64,000 bases of DNA from an uncultured Acidimicrobiia bacterium (lineage in GTDB: Bacteria > Acidobacteriota > Terriglobia > Versatilivoradales > Versatilivoraceae), in assembly GCA_963786955.1 (NCBI GenBank), contig CAWBAT010000005.1, forward strand, positions 1,216,001 through 1,280,000, read 5' to 3'. This document shows, in pieces, positions 41,493 to 51,485 of the stretch. The position numbers were made by a program, and so were the translations under genes. The notes beneath the pieces were generated by a model. The model was not told the DNA's origin and did no database searches. It worked only from the letters and a program-made list of their open reading frames with translations. Position 1 is the first letter of the stretch. Every line of letters starts with the position of its first letter.

Positions 41493-42059
41493 ATGGAAAG
41501 CGGCGAACTATTAAGTCTTGATCTCCCGCGATTCAAATTTCAAGAGGCACTTTTGGACAGGTCCCTGTCTCAGGCCAATTGGTATGCCATTTATACCCGC
41601 AGCCGGCACGAGCTCTATGTCAAGCGGCAACTGGATCATAAAGGGATCTCAAATCTCCTTCCTCTCTATGCAAAAGTAAGCCAATGGAAAGACCGCAAGA
41701 AAGAAATTCAGCTTCCCTTATTTCCAGGATATCTTTTCGTGCAAATCCCATTATTGGATCGGATGGCCGTATTGACGACATTTGGTGTCGTCTATATTGT
41801 GGGTGACGGATCAGCACCTCTACCGGTGCCGGAAGAGAACATAGACAGTATTCAAGCATTCTTAACCCAAGGGGTAAAGTGCGATCCTCATCCGTATTTG
41901 AACGTGGGGAACCGGGTACGGATCACTGAAGGTCCGCTGAGTGGCATTGAGGGAATCCTGATTCGAAAAAAGAAGCGAACCTTGCTGGTTGTATCTGTAG
42001 ATTTGATTCAGCGCTCAGTCTCGGTGGAAATCGAGAGCTGGAAGATCGAGCGAGTCTGA
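41493..42059 (+). CDS. UpxY-type NusG paralogue (operon-specific antiterminator)
   Basis: WYAIYTRSRHE, PLFPGYLFV (NGN domain) and GNRVRITEGPLSGIEG (KOW domain). Confidence 0.9.
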   Translation: MESGELLSLDLPRFKFQEALLDRSLSQANWYAIYTRSRHELYVKRQLDHKGISNLLPLYAKVSQWKDRKKEIQLPLFPGYLFVQIPLLDRMAVLTTFGVVYIVGDGSAPLPVPEENIDSIQAFLTQGVKCDPHPYLNVGNRVRITEGPLSGIEGILIRKKKRTLLVVSVDLIQRSVSVEIESWKIERV

Positions 42060-42125
42060 GCCAGTCTTCAAGTATCTGAATTACTTTCAATCATTTACAG
42101 GGTTTTTGTCCTGTGACTGAGAAGG

Positions 42126-42460
42126 CGGAGCTGTATATACATGTGCTGGGTTGACGTCCTTTTTTGCACTCAGAGTTTGAGTATCCGCCGACTGTCAGAC
42201 GGTTGGCTTTCTTCTTATCGGCCGCGCTTTTCTGCTGCTCCTTGAACTTCACCTCTGCCTCACAATTCAGATTTTTTCTATGTGTGAAATTGTTGGAGAA
42301 GTAGATCCTCTAGCTTGTGACGAAGCTCAGTAGCTCCGCATGAGGGGTATGATGATCCATCGTGGCTCCAACGGGCGGTTCAGAGACGGGTAGTCGGATC
42401 AACTTCTTTTCCGTGGTTGTCGAATCTCCGGTGGCGTCCAAATTCAGAAGATACTTACTT
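42126..42460 (+). pseudogene. Collapsed relic: asnB leader and 5' end fused to an internal nadE fragment
   Basis: 42126-42378 aligns by eye to 44631-44882; ~42380-42458 aligns to nadE ~49247-49325; contains stops. Confidence 0.85.
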
Positions 42461-42502
42461 TGACTCTTCTGCACGTCCACCAGTGCAAATAAAGGATACG
42501 TA

Positions 42503-43534
42503 ATGGCACAGGTCTCTATGAGCGGGATGATAGTCCGAGGTATCGTTGGCTGTGTACCGGAGAGAGAAATTTCCAATGAGAAGGACTATCCGTGGTTCGA
42601 AGCTTCTGATATCCAAAGACTCACCGACATGGTGGGGGTCAAGACGCGTCGGATGGCAGATGAAAAAACCTGTACTTCGGATTTGTGTCGATCCGCCGCT
42701 GCTCACCTGCTCAATGAATTAGACTGGGATCCAGCCAGCGTGGACGGATTGGTCCTCGTCACTCAAACCCCGGACTATGTAATGCCTTCAACTAGTTGCA
42801 TCCTTCAGCACCGGCTGGGGTTGCCGGAGTCCTGCGCAGCCTTCGACGTGAATCTGGGTTGTTCTGCCTATCCTTACGGAATGTTTCTGGCCAATTCACT
42901 GCTCTTCTCGAAGGCGTGCCGTCGAATTCTGCTGCTGACCGGTGACACCCCTACAAAATTGGTCGACCCTAAGGATCGTGGTACGGCTCTAGTGTTTGGC
43001 GATGCCGGCTGTGCGACGGCGCTAGAGGGAAGCGATGACCCTGAAACCCGGTCACATTATGTCATGATGACCGATGGAAAAGGAGCTTGCGATCTGATCG
43101 TTCCCGGAGGCATGTTTCGAGAGCGTTTTCCTGAAGACCGTTCCCGCTACTGGCTCCACATGGATGGCGTGCAGATCTTCGACTTCACGCGCAACCGTGT
43201 TCCGTCCTTGATTCAAGACCTGCTCGCTTTGTCAGGTCGAATGCCGGAAGAATACGCCTATTTCATCTTTCACCAGGCCAATGAGTATTTGATCAAGTTT
43301 CTGGCCGGTCGAGCAGGAATCAGTATGGACAAGGTGCCGTGCTCGATCGGGCAATTCGGAAATACTGGGGCCGCTTCTGTGCCGCTGACGCTGGCGCTAG
43401 CCGGTTCGCCAACGGGAAGAGACGGGAACCCCTATCACGTCATGTTGTTGGGATTCGGTGTCGGGCTCTCTTGGGGAGGGGTTTCCCTTCGTTTCCCCGC
43501 TGACTGTTTTCTTGGGCACTCTGTATATGGTTGA
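42503..43534 (+). CDS. Ketoacyl-ACP synthase III (FabH-like), copy 1
   Basis: Catalytic triad present: NLGCS, FHQAN, FGNT. Confidence 0.92.
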   Translation: MAQVSMSGMIVRGIVGCVPEREISNEKDYPWFEASDIQRLTDMVGVKTRRMADEKTCTSDLCRSAAAHLLNELDWDPASVDGLVLVTQTPDYVMPSTSCILQHRLGLPESCAAFDVNLGCSAYPYGMFLANSLLFSKACRRILLLTGDTPTKLVDPKDRGTALVFGDAGCATALEGSDDPETRSHYVMMTDGKGACDLIVPGGMFRERFPEDRSRYWLHMDGVQIFDFTRNRVPSLIQDLLALSGRMPEEYAYFIFHQANEYLIKFLAGRAGISMDKVPCSIGQFGNTGAASVPLTLALAGSPTGRDGNPYHVMLLGFGVGLSWGGVSLRFPADCFLGHSVYG

Positions 43535-43567
43535 ACATTTAATCCGTTAGAATATGTGAATAGATTC

Positions 43568-43795
43568 CGCCGGGTCTGGGATCCGGTCTACAACTATGTT
43601 CTAAGCTCATCTGAAGAATTGTGGGTTTGATGCTTTCTCAAATCCTCAACCTTACGCGGCGACTCACCTCAAATCAGAAATCTTTTCACGCCAACTTATT
43701 ACTGCTATTCGTAATTACGGTGACGTTTCTGAGGTTAGGCGCCGCGTGGGGTCACGCGGCCTACAAAGTTGTAGGCCGGGTCACCGACCCGGCGT
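43568..43795. repeat. Cluster of three GTAG-type REP hairpins
   Basis: TGTAGGCCGGGTCACCGACCCGGCG (~43770) plus two inverted copies ending in CTACA (~43740-43765, ~43568-43592). Confidence 0.65.
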
Positions 43796-44000
43796 TAACG
43801 TCACCGTATTTATGAATTCTTGTACTTAGTTATTGGAGGAATCTCGAATTGGGGTGCTTGTCGAGTGCGCGGCCAAAGGCTTGGCGGTCCGTATCTGCCG
43901 CCGCCGCTCAATAAGCTGCGTTTTGCAGAAACGACCTACAGTTAACGTCCGTAACTATCGCAATATTTTGGGTACTTTAAATCTAACTTCGGGGAACATT

Positions 44001-44240
44001 ATGAGCAAACAAATGGGGCTGGAATGGTTGACAGAAGTACTCGGGGTGCGAAGCCGTACTTTAACCATGGAGGATACAAGGCTGTCAGTCAGTGAATGGG
44101 ACTCATTGGGCATGCTGATGCTCTTGTCACGATTAGAAGAGGATCACGGCATTTTTGTCAGTGCTGACGAAATTGCCAAAATCGAGTCGGTCAAAGAGAT
44201 CTGTGAGATTTTGGAGAGAAAAGCTGTTTTTTCAAAGTGA
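44001..44240 (+). CDS. Acyl carrier protein; paralogue of 50991-51233
   Basis: EWDSLG motif; acidic, 79 aa. Confidence 0.85.
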   Translation: MSKQMGLEWLTEVLGVRSRTLTMEDTRLSVSEWDSLGMLMLLSRLEEDHGIFVSADEIAKIESVKEICEILERKAVFSK

Positions 44241-44256
44241 CCCGCTTTTTGAGCCA

Positions 44257-44300
44257 TGCGATTTATTCTGGTAGACGATATCTTGGAGTTGGAGCCGCTA
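44257..44300 (+). pseudogene. 5' stub of a fabZ-like gene
   Basis: MRFILVDDILELEP matches MRFLLVDQILELEP at 51214, then similarity ends. Confidence 0.65.
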
Positions 44301-44782
44301 TTGCAGCGCCTCCAAAGTCATGTCTCAGAGCCAGATCGAGTCGGTCAGTTGCGAAACCTTTTTTGAGGGAAGCGCTCCGCTCTTTAAGAGGATAGGGGGG
44401 AAAGAGTTTCCCCCACTTCAGACCTGGCGGTGTGAAAGAATTGGAAAACGCTGCGTGAGGTTCAGGCTTTGAGAAAGCCTGAAGCCTACAATGATTTCAA
44501 AGGGCATACCATTATGTTGTAGGCATGAAGCATTCTCAACGCTTCATCCCCGACCCGGCGCAATCTTTTCACACCTTCCCTGTTTGGGGGGGATGCCCTC
44601 GAATAGGGTTCCCGCGCTAAGTACTAATTGCGGACCTGTATATATATGTGGGATTGACGTTCTTGGTTGTACTCAGAATTTGCTTATCGGCCGGCTGTCA
44701 GACGCTCTACCTGTTTCCTATTGGCCTCGCTTTTTTGCTATCCCTTTAACCTTACCAATGCCTAGCGATTAGGTTTTTTTCT

Positions 44783-46801
44783 ATGTGTGGAATCGTTGGA
44801 GAATTAGGTCCTCTAGCCTGTGACGAAGCCCAATTGCTCCGCATGATGGGGATGTTGACCCATCGTGGCCCTGACGAAGCGGGTCTCCTTATTGCCGAAG
44901 GCGTGGCTCTTGGTCACCTGCGTCTCAGCATCATTGACTTGGCACAGGGCCAGCAGCCTATGCGAAGCAGAAACGGTCGATATTGGGTCGTCTTTAATGG
45001 AGAGATTTTCAATTATTTGGAACTAAAGAAAGAACTCGAGAGTTTGGGTCACATTTTCCAAACGAACAGCGACACAGAAGTTCTCCTCAATTCTTATGAC
45101 CATTGGGGGCCCGACTGTTTGAAAAAGTTCAACGGGCAATGGGCCTTTGCCATTTGGGATCTCAAAGAGCAGTCTTTTTTTCTGGCCCGTGACCGCTGGG
45201 GGGTTCGGCCCCTTTTTTACAGCTGGCTCCCTGATGGTAGGACCTTGGTGTTTGGCTCAGAAATCAAGGCTATCCTGGCAGACGATCGTGTTTCACGGAA
45301 GTGGGATCACGAAGCGTTGCGGGATATCTTTGTGAGTTGGGTCCCTACGTCAAATCGAACGCCATTGCACTCAATCTCCCAGCTACCGCCGGGAGCATAT
45401 ATGATCTACCGAAATGGAAGCTCCAAAATCCGGTATTGGTGGAAGCTTGATTATAGTCCAGAGGCGGTAGATTGGAAGCGGAGCGAGGAAAGCTGGTGTG
45501 AGGAGATCCGCAGTACACTTCAGGAAGCATGCCGTTTGCGGCTACGCGCCGATGTACCTGTCGGGGCTTATCTGTCTGGGGGAATGGATTCGAGTATCAT
45601 TTCGTCTCTGACGCGGCAGCTCCACCGGAATGAGCTGAAGACCTTTTCAATTGCATTTGAAGATGGCCCTATGGATGAGTCGGAATTTCAACAGCTGATG
45701 GCCAGGCATCTAGGGACAGACCATCACCAGCTGCTTACAAGTAAAGAGAGTATCGCAATGGATTTCCCGAAAACGGTTTGGCACGCGGAGACTCCAATCT
45801 ATCGGACGGCTCCTGTTCCAATGATGCAACTCGCCGGGCTGGTGCGCCAAACACCGGTGAAGGTTATCCTTACCGGAGAAGGAGCAGACGAGTTATTTGG
45901 AGGGTACGATCAATTCAAAGAAGACAAGATCAGACGCTTTTGGGCAAGCCAGCCAAACTCGGCTTGGCGGAAACGATTGCTAGAGCGGCTCGACACGCAG
46001 GCGGCAAATGCCACCCAGCGATCACGCGCCTTTTGGTTTGCTTTCTTTCAAAATCATCTCACCCAAACCGATGCTCCTGGGTATTCCCATTACCCGCGGT
46101 GGCAAAACGGGATGGCGCTGCTAGGTATGCTCGAGCCAGCAATTCTAAGGAATTCAAAAATTGTTGCGGACGATTCCTGGATTAAAGCTGTAGAGAAGAC
46201 CGTTCCACCATGCTTTGGTCAATGGTCGCCACTTTCCAGGGCACAATATTGGGAAACGACCCAGCTTTTGTCGGGGTATTTACTGTCTTCCCAGGGGGAT
46301 CGCATGAGCATGGCTCACTCGGTTGAGGGAAGATATCCCTTCCTCGATGTGAATCTCTGTGAATTGGTGCGGCAGATCCCTCCAACTTTGAAACTTCATG
46401 TCCTTAACGAGAAATTCGTTCTGAGGCAGGCATTCAAAAATGTCGTTCCGTCTCAGATCCTCAGCCGCAGAAAGAAAGCATATCGTGCTCCAGAGGGGTC
46501 CGCATTGCTGCATCCTGCCTGCCGTGAGGCGTTCCAAGAGAGTCTTTCAGAGGCCGGAGTGAGGCAGCGTGGGTTACTAGATCCTGTGGCCATTTCAAAA
46601 CTGCGGACCCGCATGCAACAAGCTTCGGGATCTTCCATTCGCGACAACATTGGTCTGGTCCTGGCTTATTCAACTCACCTTTTCCATGACTTGTTTGTGC
46701 GGGGGAAAATGGAGCCTAATCCTCTGCCTACGGTGAGAGTAAATGTACGGTTCTCTACGAGAGCAGATGAAATGACGAGCTCCCACAGCAGGGTTGTCTG
46801 A
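44783..46801 (+). CDS. asnB: Asparagine synthase (glutamine-hydrolysing) family amidotransferase
   Basis: MCGIVG N-terminal Cys, HRGPD, RLSIID, FNGEIFN, LSGGMDSS, TGEGADE, DRMSMAHSVEGRYPFLD. Confidence 0.93.
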   Translation: MCGIVGELGPLACDEAQLLRMMGMLTHRGPDEAGLLIAEGVALGHLRLSIIDLAQGQQPMRSRNGRYWVVFNGEIFNYLELKKELESLGHIFQTNSDTEVLLNSYDHWGPDCLKKFNGQWAFAIWDLKEQSFFLARDRWGVRPLFYSWLPDGRTLVFGSEIKAILADDRVSRKWDHEALRDIFVSWVPTSNRTPLHSISQLPPGAYMIYRNGSSKIRYWWKLDYSPEAVDWKRSEESWCEEIRSTLQEACRLRLRADVPVGAYLSGGMDSSIISSLTRQLHRNELKTFSIAFEDGPMDESEFQQLMARHLGTDHHQLLTSKESIAMDFPKTVWHAETPIYRTAPVPMMQLAGLVRQTPVKVILTGEGADELFGGYDQFKEDKIRRFWASQPNSAWRKRLLERLDTQAANATQRSRAFWFAFFQNHLTQTDAPGYSHYPRWQNGMALLGMLEPAILRNSKIVADDSWIKAVEKTVPPCFGQWSPLSRAQYWETTQLLSGYLLSSQGDRMSMAHSVEGRYPFLDVNLCELVRQIPPTLKLHVLNEKFVLRQAFKNVVPSQILSRRKKAYRAPEGSALLHPACREAFQESLSEAGVRQRGLLDPVAISKLRTRMQQASGSSIRDNIGLVLAYSTHLFHDLFVRGKMEPNPLPTVRVNVRFSTRADEMTSSHSRVV

Positions 46802-46846
46802 CCCTTTCATAGTGCGAAATTTTGCCTGTACCTCTGAAGAGGATAG

Positions 46847-47146
46847 ATGACTATTCGACCCCTTATTACGGACCAGATGGTTATTCAAGAAGTCAAGAGT
46901 TTCATTCTCGATACCATTTTAATTGGTAGTTACGAAGATTCGCTGCAGCCTCAAGACTCCTTTCTTCAGAAGGGAATTCTCGACAGTACAGGAGTCCTCG
47001 AACTAGTACAGTTTCTGGAAGAACAATATGGGTTCTTATGCAGTGACCAGGAAATCACGCCAGAAAACTTAGACTCTCTGCAAAGTATATCTACCTTCGT
47101 ACTTCGCAAGCTCTCGCAATCTTCCTCGACGGCACTTGCAAGGTAG
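46847..47146 (+). CDS. Acyl/aminoacyl carrier protein
   Basis: SFLQKGILDSTGVLELVQFLEE...ITPENLDS. Confidence 0.9.
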   Translation: MTIRPLITDQMVIQEVKSFILDTILIGSYEDSLQPQDSFLQKGILDSTGVLELVQFLEEQYGFLCSDQEITPENLDSLQSISTFVLRKLSQSSSTALAR

Positions 47147-47272
47147 GGCGCGCTCCGGTAGCGCGACGCAAGTAAACGGTTTTTGCGAAACCGTCTCATC
47201 CTTGCGGGTGCTGAGACCGACGGCATTTCCCTCTAGTGTGCCTCGTGTGGCCAACGCCCCTTTCCATAAATA

Positions 47273-48826
47273 ATGATTGATCCTTCATCCATCCAGCCTG
47301 AGATCTTGACGATGCAAGATCTCCTTCTTAGGGCGTCCCAACGTTCTGGAAGTGCTATAGCCCTCCTCCATGACGGCCAAGTCTGGACGTACTCTGAAGT
47401 GTATTTGCGAGCGCTCCAATATGCCGCTGCATTGCGCGCTGCAGAACTGCAACCAGGGGATCGGGTGGCTCTCCTCATGGAGAACGGCCTGGAGTACGTG
47501 GCAGCCTATTTCGGGATATTCTTTGCAGGAGGGATCGCAGTCCCCCTGGATGCACGTACAGAACCCCTCCTTCTACTATCCCTTCGGGAGGATTGTAAAG
47601 CTAGACACCAAGTCGTTAGCCCATCCCAGATGAATCGTTTATGCAAGACTTTACCCCAATTGTTTGAACTCGACTGGTTGATACTCCCAGACCGAACCAA
47701 TCTGGGGCAGAGTGGGACCAGGGTCTTGATAGCCTCTGAATTTTCTCCCACTCCAATCTACTCGGCAGCTTGTCCAGCGGATCCTGCCGTGATCAATTAC
47801 ACTTCCGGCTCATCCGGCGCATCCAAGGGAGTTGTGGTCAGTCATCGGGCAATTCTGGCGAACACGCGAAGCATTGTGTCTTATCTGGAATTAGGACCCG
47901 AGGACCGCATGATGCAAATCCTCCCATTCTCTTACTGCTACGGGGCTTCTTTGCTGCACACCCACTTCCTGGCTGGGGGTAGCGTTGTCATTGATAATCG
48001 CTTTCTATACCCCAGCGCGGTTATCGAAAATATGAAGCAGACGCGTTGCACAGGCTTTGCCGGGGTACCCAGTACCTTCCATACATTGGCGACAAAGTGT
48101 AATCTGAAGAAGAACGTTTATCCGGGCCTTCGCTATATGACCCAGGCGGGTGGACCGATGAAGCCTGAACTCGTTGACAGGATCCGGGAGGCGATTGACC
48201 CGGCTCAACTCTTTATTATGTACGGGCAAACAGAAGCTACGGCACGACTGACCTTTTTGGACCCGAGCCGATGGAGTGACAAACGAGGCAGCGTTGGCAA
48301 ACCCATACCCGGGGTTTTGCTGCGAATCGTGTCGGAAGAAGGGGAAATCTTGCCTGCTGGCTCCGTGGGAGAAATCTGGGTTTCCGGCGAAAATCTAATG
48401 GCTGGATACTGGCAGAAACCGGAAGAAACGCGACAGGTGCTTCAAGACGGCTGGTTGCGAACAGGGGATTTGGGAGTCCAGGATCAGGAAGGTTTCCTTT
48501 ATGTCAAAGGGCGCTTGCGAGACTTCATCAAGAGCAGTGGATACCGGATTAGTCCGCAGGAGATTGAAGAGGTGCTTAGCCGCCACCCAGCGGTTAGCGA
48601 ATGTTTCGTAGTCGGGGTGCCAGATGACCAGCTGGGAGAAAGGATCGCCGCTGTCGTTTCCCTGAAACATGGAATGGAGCTTGGTCAGAGTGACCTGTTG
48701 CATCACTGTAAAACCTCGCTTGCGCCCCATAAGATCCCACGGCAAGTCACTTTTCTTCCCGAAATTCCGAAGTCAAGCTCAGGGAAAGTGCAACGGGAGT
48801 CTCTTTTGCGTCATTTGGTTTCTTAG
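47273..48826 (+). CDS. AMP-binding (ANL family) acyl/aminoacyl ligase
   Basis: YTSGSSGASKG, MYGQTEAT, RTGDLG, PKSSSGKV. Confidence 0.92.
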   Translation: MIDPSSIQPEILTMQDLLLRASQRSGSAIALLHDGQVWTYSEVYLRALQYAAALRAAELQPGDRVALLMENGLEYVAAYFGIFFAGGIAVPLDARTEPLLLLSLREDCKARHQVVSPSQMNRLCKTLPQLFELDWLILPDRTNLGQSGTRVLIASEFSPTPIYSAACPADPAVINYTSGSSGASKGVVVSHRAILANTRSIVSYLELGPEDRMMQILPFSYCYGASLLHTHFLAGGSVVIDNRFLYPSAVIENMKQTRCTGFAGVPSTFHTLATKCNLKKNVYPGLRYMTQAGGPMKPELVDRIREAIDPAQLFIMYGQTEATARLTFLDPSRWSDKRGSVGKPIPGVLLRIVSEEGEILPAGSVGEIWVSGENLMAGYWQKPEETRQVLQDGWLRTGDLGVQDQEGFLYVKGRLRDFIKSSGYRISPQEIEEVLSRHPAVSECFVVGVPDDQLGERIAAVVSLKHGMELGQSDLLHHCKTSLAPHKIPRQVTFLPEIPKSSSGKVQRESLLRHLVS

Positions 48827-48830
48827 AGAA

Positions 48831-49835
48831 ATGCATACGAAAAAGGACATGTCTCGCAATCTCGAATGGTTGAAAATCGATCTGGAAGTTGAAGCCTTCA
48901 GGATTTCTCAGTTCATTAGGAAGGGGATCGCGGCAACTTTTCGGAAGAGAGGTGCTGTCGTGGCTGTGAGCGGAGGAATTGACAGCAGTACGACAGCGGC
49001 GCTCTGTGTTCGAGCTCTCGGACCAGAACATGTGTTTGCCTTGCTGATGCCCGAAAAGGATTCGAGCCGTGAAAGCCTCCATTTTGGCAAGATTCTGGTC
49101 CAGCATCTGGGCATCCCCTATCAGGTTATTGATATTGGTCCGATTCTTGAATCGATGGGGTGCTACCAGTATCGCGATGAAGCGATTTATGAAATCATCC
49201 CGGAGTATTCCCCCGATTGGAAAAATAAGATCGTCCTGACGGGCGGCTCAGAGACAGGGAGTCGAATCAACTTCTTTTCTGTGGTTGTCGAGTCCCCGGA
49301 AGGCGTTCAATTTCAGAAAAGACTTCCTTGGAAGAATTATTTGCAGGTCGTGGCTGCCACGAACATGAAGCAACGGACTCGCAAGTCGCTGGAATACTTC
49401 CATGCTGACCGGCTAAACTATGCAGTAGCGGGAACACCGAACTTGCTGGAATATGACCAGGGATTCTTTGTCAAGCTTGGGGATGGTGCGGCCGACTTGA
49501 AACCTATCGCCCATCTCTACAAGACCCAAGTCTACGCGATGGCGCGCCACCTTGGGCTCCCCGAAGAATTGTGCACTCGTCAGCCAACAACTGACACCTA
49601 TAGCTTGGATCAGACACAAGAGGAGTTCTTTTTTCAGGCTCCGCACCAATTACTCGATCTTGTGCTCTGGGGCTTTTCCCAAGGGCTTGCTCCTGAGGCG
49701 ATTGCAGTGGGGGCTTCCGTTCCGGTCGAGAGGGTGAACGCACTGATCAAGGATATCCAGCAGAAGCGCCAGACGACAGAGCCCTTGCACCTTCCAGCCT
49801 TAACGGTTGAACCTGTCCAGTTTGGTCAGGACTGA
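48831..49835 (+). CDS. NadE-like (NH3-dependent NAD synthetase family) ATP-pyrophosphatase
   Basis: AVSGGIDSS PP-loop, NMKQRTR, GFFVKLGDG, PIAHLYKTQV. Confidence 0.88.
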   Translation: MHTKKDMSRNLEWLKIDLEVEAFRISQFIRKGIAATFRKRGAVVAVSGGIDSSTTAALCVRALGPEHVFALLMPEKDSSRESLHFGKILVQHLGIPYQVIDIGPILESMGCYQYRDEAIYEIIPEYSPDWKNKIVLTGGSETGSRINFFSVVVESPEGVQFQKRLPWKNYLQVVAATNMKQRTRKSLEYFHADRLNYAVAGTPNLLEYDQGFFVKLGDGAADLKPIAHLYKTQVYAMARHLGLPEELCTRQPTTDTYSLDQTQEEFFFQAPHQLLDLVLWGFSQGLAPEAIAVGASVPVERVNALIKDIQQKRQTTEPLHLPALTVEPVQFGQD

Positions 49836-49871
49836 CTTGTGGCGCCCGCTCCCCCTGCTTTGCTGCCTAAG

Positions 49872-49897
49872 GTAGGGCGGTCTCGCTGAGACCGCCG
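49872..49897. repeat. GTAG-type REP hairpin (related ones at ~20521 and ~47143)
   Basis: GTAG-GGCGGTCTC-GCT-GAGACCGCC perfect stem. Confidence 0.6.
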
Positions 49898-49932
49898 TCA
49901 ACGAAAACAATAAAATAACGATGGAATAAGCA

Positions 49933-50973
49933 ATGGCCCAAGTCTCACTTTCAGGCATGGTTGTCCGAGGCATCGTTGGTTGTGTACCGGAAAGAGAAGT
50001 TTCCAACGAAAAGGACTATCCGTGGTTCGCAGCTTCTGAGATCCGAAAAGTCACGGGCATGGCTGGGATCAAGTCTCGTCGCATAGCAGAAGAGAAAACT
50101 TGTACTTCTGACCTGTGTCGCGCAGCGGCTCTCAGATTGATCCAGGCTCTCAAATGGGACCCTTTGACAGTCGATGGCCTGATCCTTGTCACCCAAACCC
50201 AGGACTACGTAATGCCTTCAACTAGTTGCATCCTCCAGCACCGGCTGGGGTTGCCGGAGTCCTGCGCAGCCTTCGACGTGAATCTTGGTTGTTCTGCCTA
50301 TGTTTACGGAATGTGGCTGGCCAATTCACTGCTCTTCTCGAAGGCCTGCCGGCGAATTCTACTGCTGACTGGCGAGACCCCTTCAAAATTCGTCGACCCC
50401 AAGGATCGTGGTACGGCTCTAATCTTTGGCGATGCCGGGAGTGCGACGGCGCTGGAGGCCACCGATGATCCTGAAACCCGGGCACATTATGTCATGATGA
50501 CCGATGGAAAAGGAGCTTGCGATCTGATCGTTCCCGGAGGGATGTTTCGAGAGCGCTTTCCTGAAGACCGTTCCCGTTACTGGCTCCACATGGATGGCGG
50601 GCATATTTTCGACTTCACGCGCAACCGTGTTCCGTCCTTGATTCAAGACCTGCTCGCTTTGTCAGGTCGAATACCGGAAGAATACGCCTATTTCATCTTT
50701 CACCAGGCCAATGAGTATTTGATCAAGTTTCTGGCCGGTCGAGCGGGAATCAGTATGGACAAGGTGCCGTGTTCGATCGGCCAATTCGGGAACACTGGGG
50801 CCGCTTCTGTGCCACTGACGCTGGCAGTAGCCGGTTCGCCAACGGGAAGGGACGGGACCCCCTATCACGTCATGCTACTGGGATTCGGTGTCGGGCTTTC
50901 TTGGGGAGGGGTTTCCATTAAGTTCCCCGCAAATTGCATGCTGGATCATATTGTCTACCAGGCGTTGACTTGA
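49933..50973 (+). CDS. Ketoacyl-ACP synthase III (FabH-like), copy 2
   Basis: NLGCS, FHQAN, FGNT; close paralogue of 42503-43534. Confidence 0.92.
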   Translation: MAQVSLSGMVVRGIVGCVPEREVSNEKDYPWFAASEIRKVTGMAGIKSRRIAEEKTCTSDLCRAAALRLIQALKWDPLTVDGLILVTQTQDYVMPSTSCILQHRLGLPESCAAFDVNLGCSAYVYGMWLANSLLFSKACRRILLLTGETPSKFVDPKDRGTALIFGDAGSATALEATDDPETRAHYVMMTDGKGACDLIVPGGMFRERFPEDRSRYWLHMDGGHIFDFTRNRVPSLIQDLLALSGRIPEEYAYFIFHQANEYLIKFLAGRAGISMDKVPCSIGQFGNTGAASVPLTLAVAGSPTGRDGTPYHVMLLGFGVGLSWGGVSIKFPANCMLDHIVYQALT

Positions 50974-50990
50974 TCCCAATAGGGGGCCCT

Positions 50991-51233
50991 ATGGACACAC
51001 AGAAGGCATTGGAATGGCTAAGTGAAGTCCTGGCGGTCCAAGATCGGACGCTGACACTGCAAGATAGCCGCAACACCGTGGCCGAGTGGGATTCACTGGG
51101 CGCGTTGCTTCTCCTCTCTCGGCTGGAAGAAGATCTGCAGATTGTGATCAGTACCGATGAGATTGCAGCGATGAGCACCATCCAGGAAATCTGTGAATTG
51201 ATGGAAAGAAACAATGCGTTTTCTGCTGGTTGA
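50991..51233 (+). CDS. Acyl carrier protein
   Basis: EWDSLG motif; directly follows FabH copy 2. Confidence 0.87.
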   Translation: MDTQKALEWLSEVLAVQDRTLTLQDSRNTVAEWDSLGALLLLSRLEEDLQIVISTDEIAAMSTIQEICELMERNNAFSAG

Positions 51234-51420
51234 CCAGATTCTTGAATTGGAACCGGTGAAAAGAATCATCACTTCGAAATGGGCGGCTCCGGATGAAGAT
51301 TATTTTGCCGACCATTTCCCAGGCTACCCGGTTGTTCCCGGGGTTCTCCTCTTGGAAATGATTGCCCAGTCTGCCGGCAAATGCCTGATGGCTGGTATGG
51401 ACTCCGCACTTGTAGCGTAG
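51214..51420 (+). pseudogene. Truncated 3-hydroxyacyl-ACP dehydratase (FabZ/FabA family), N-terminal half only
   Basis: FLLVDQI...YFADHFPGYPVVPGVLLLEMIAQ, then stop at 68 aa. Confidence 0.8.
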
Positions 51421-51485
51421 CTCACCAAAGCAGACCCGCCAGCGATACCATTTGGTTTCATGGCCGAATCAAAAAAGAGCCCGAG

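Noticed and set aside
48831-49835. Calling this the housekeeping nadE
   Set aside because: Its context inside an ACP/ligase/AsnB EPS cassette argues for a paralogue, so the symbol was withheld
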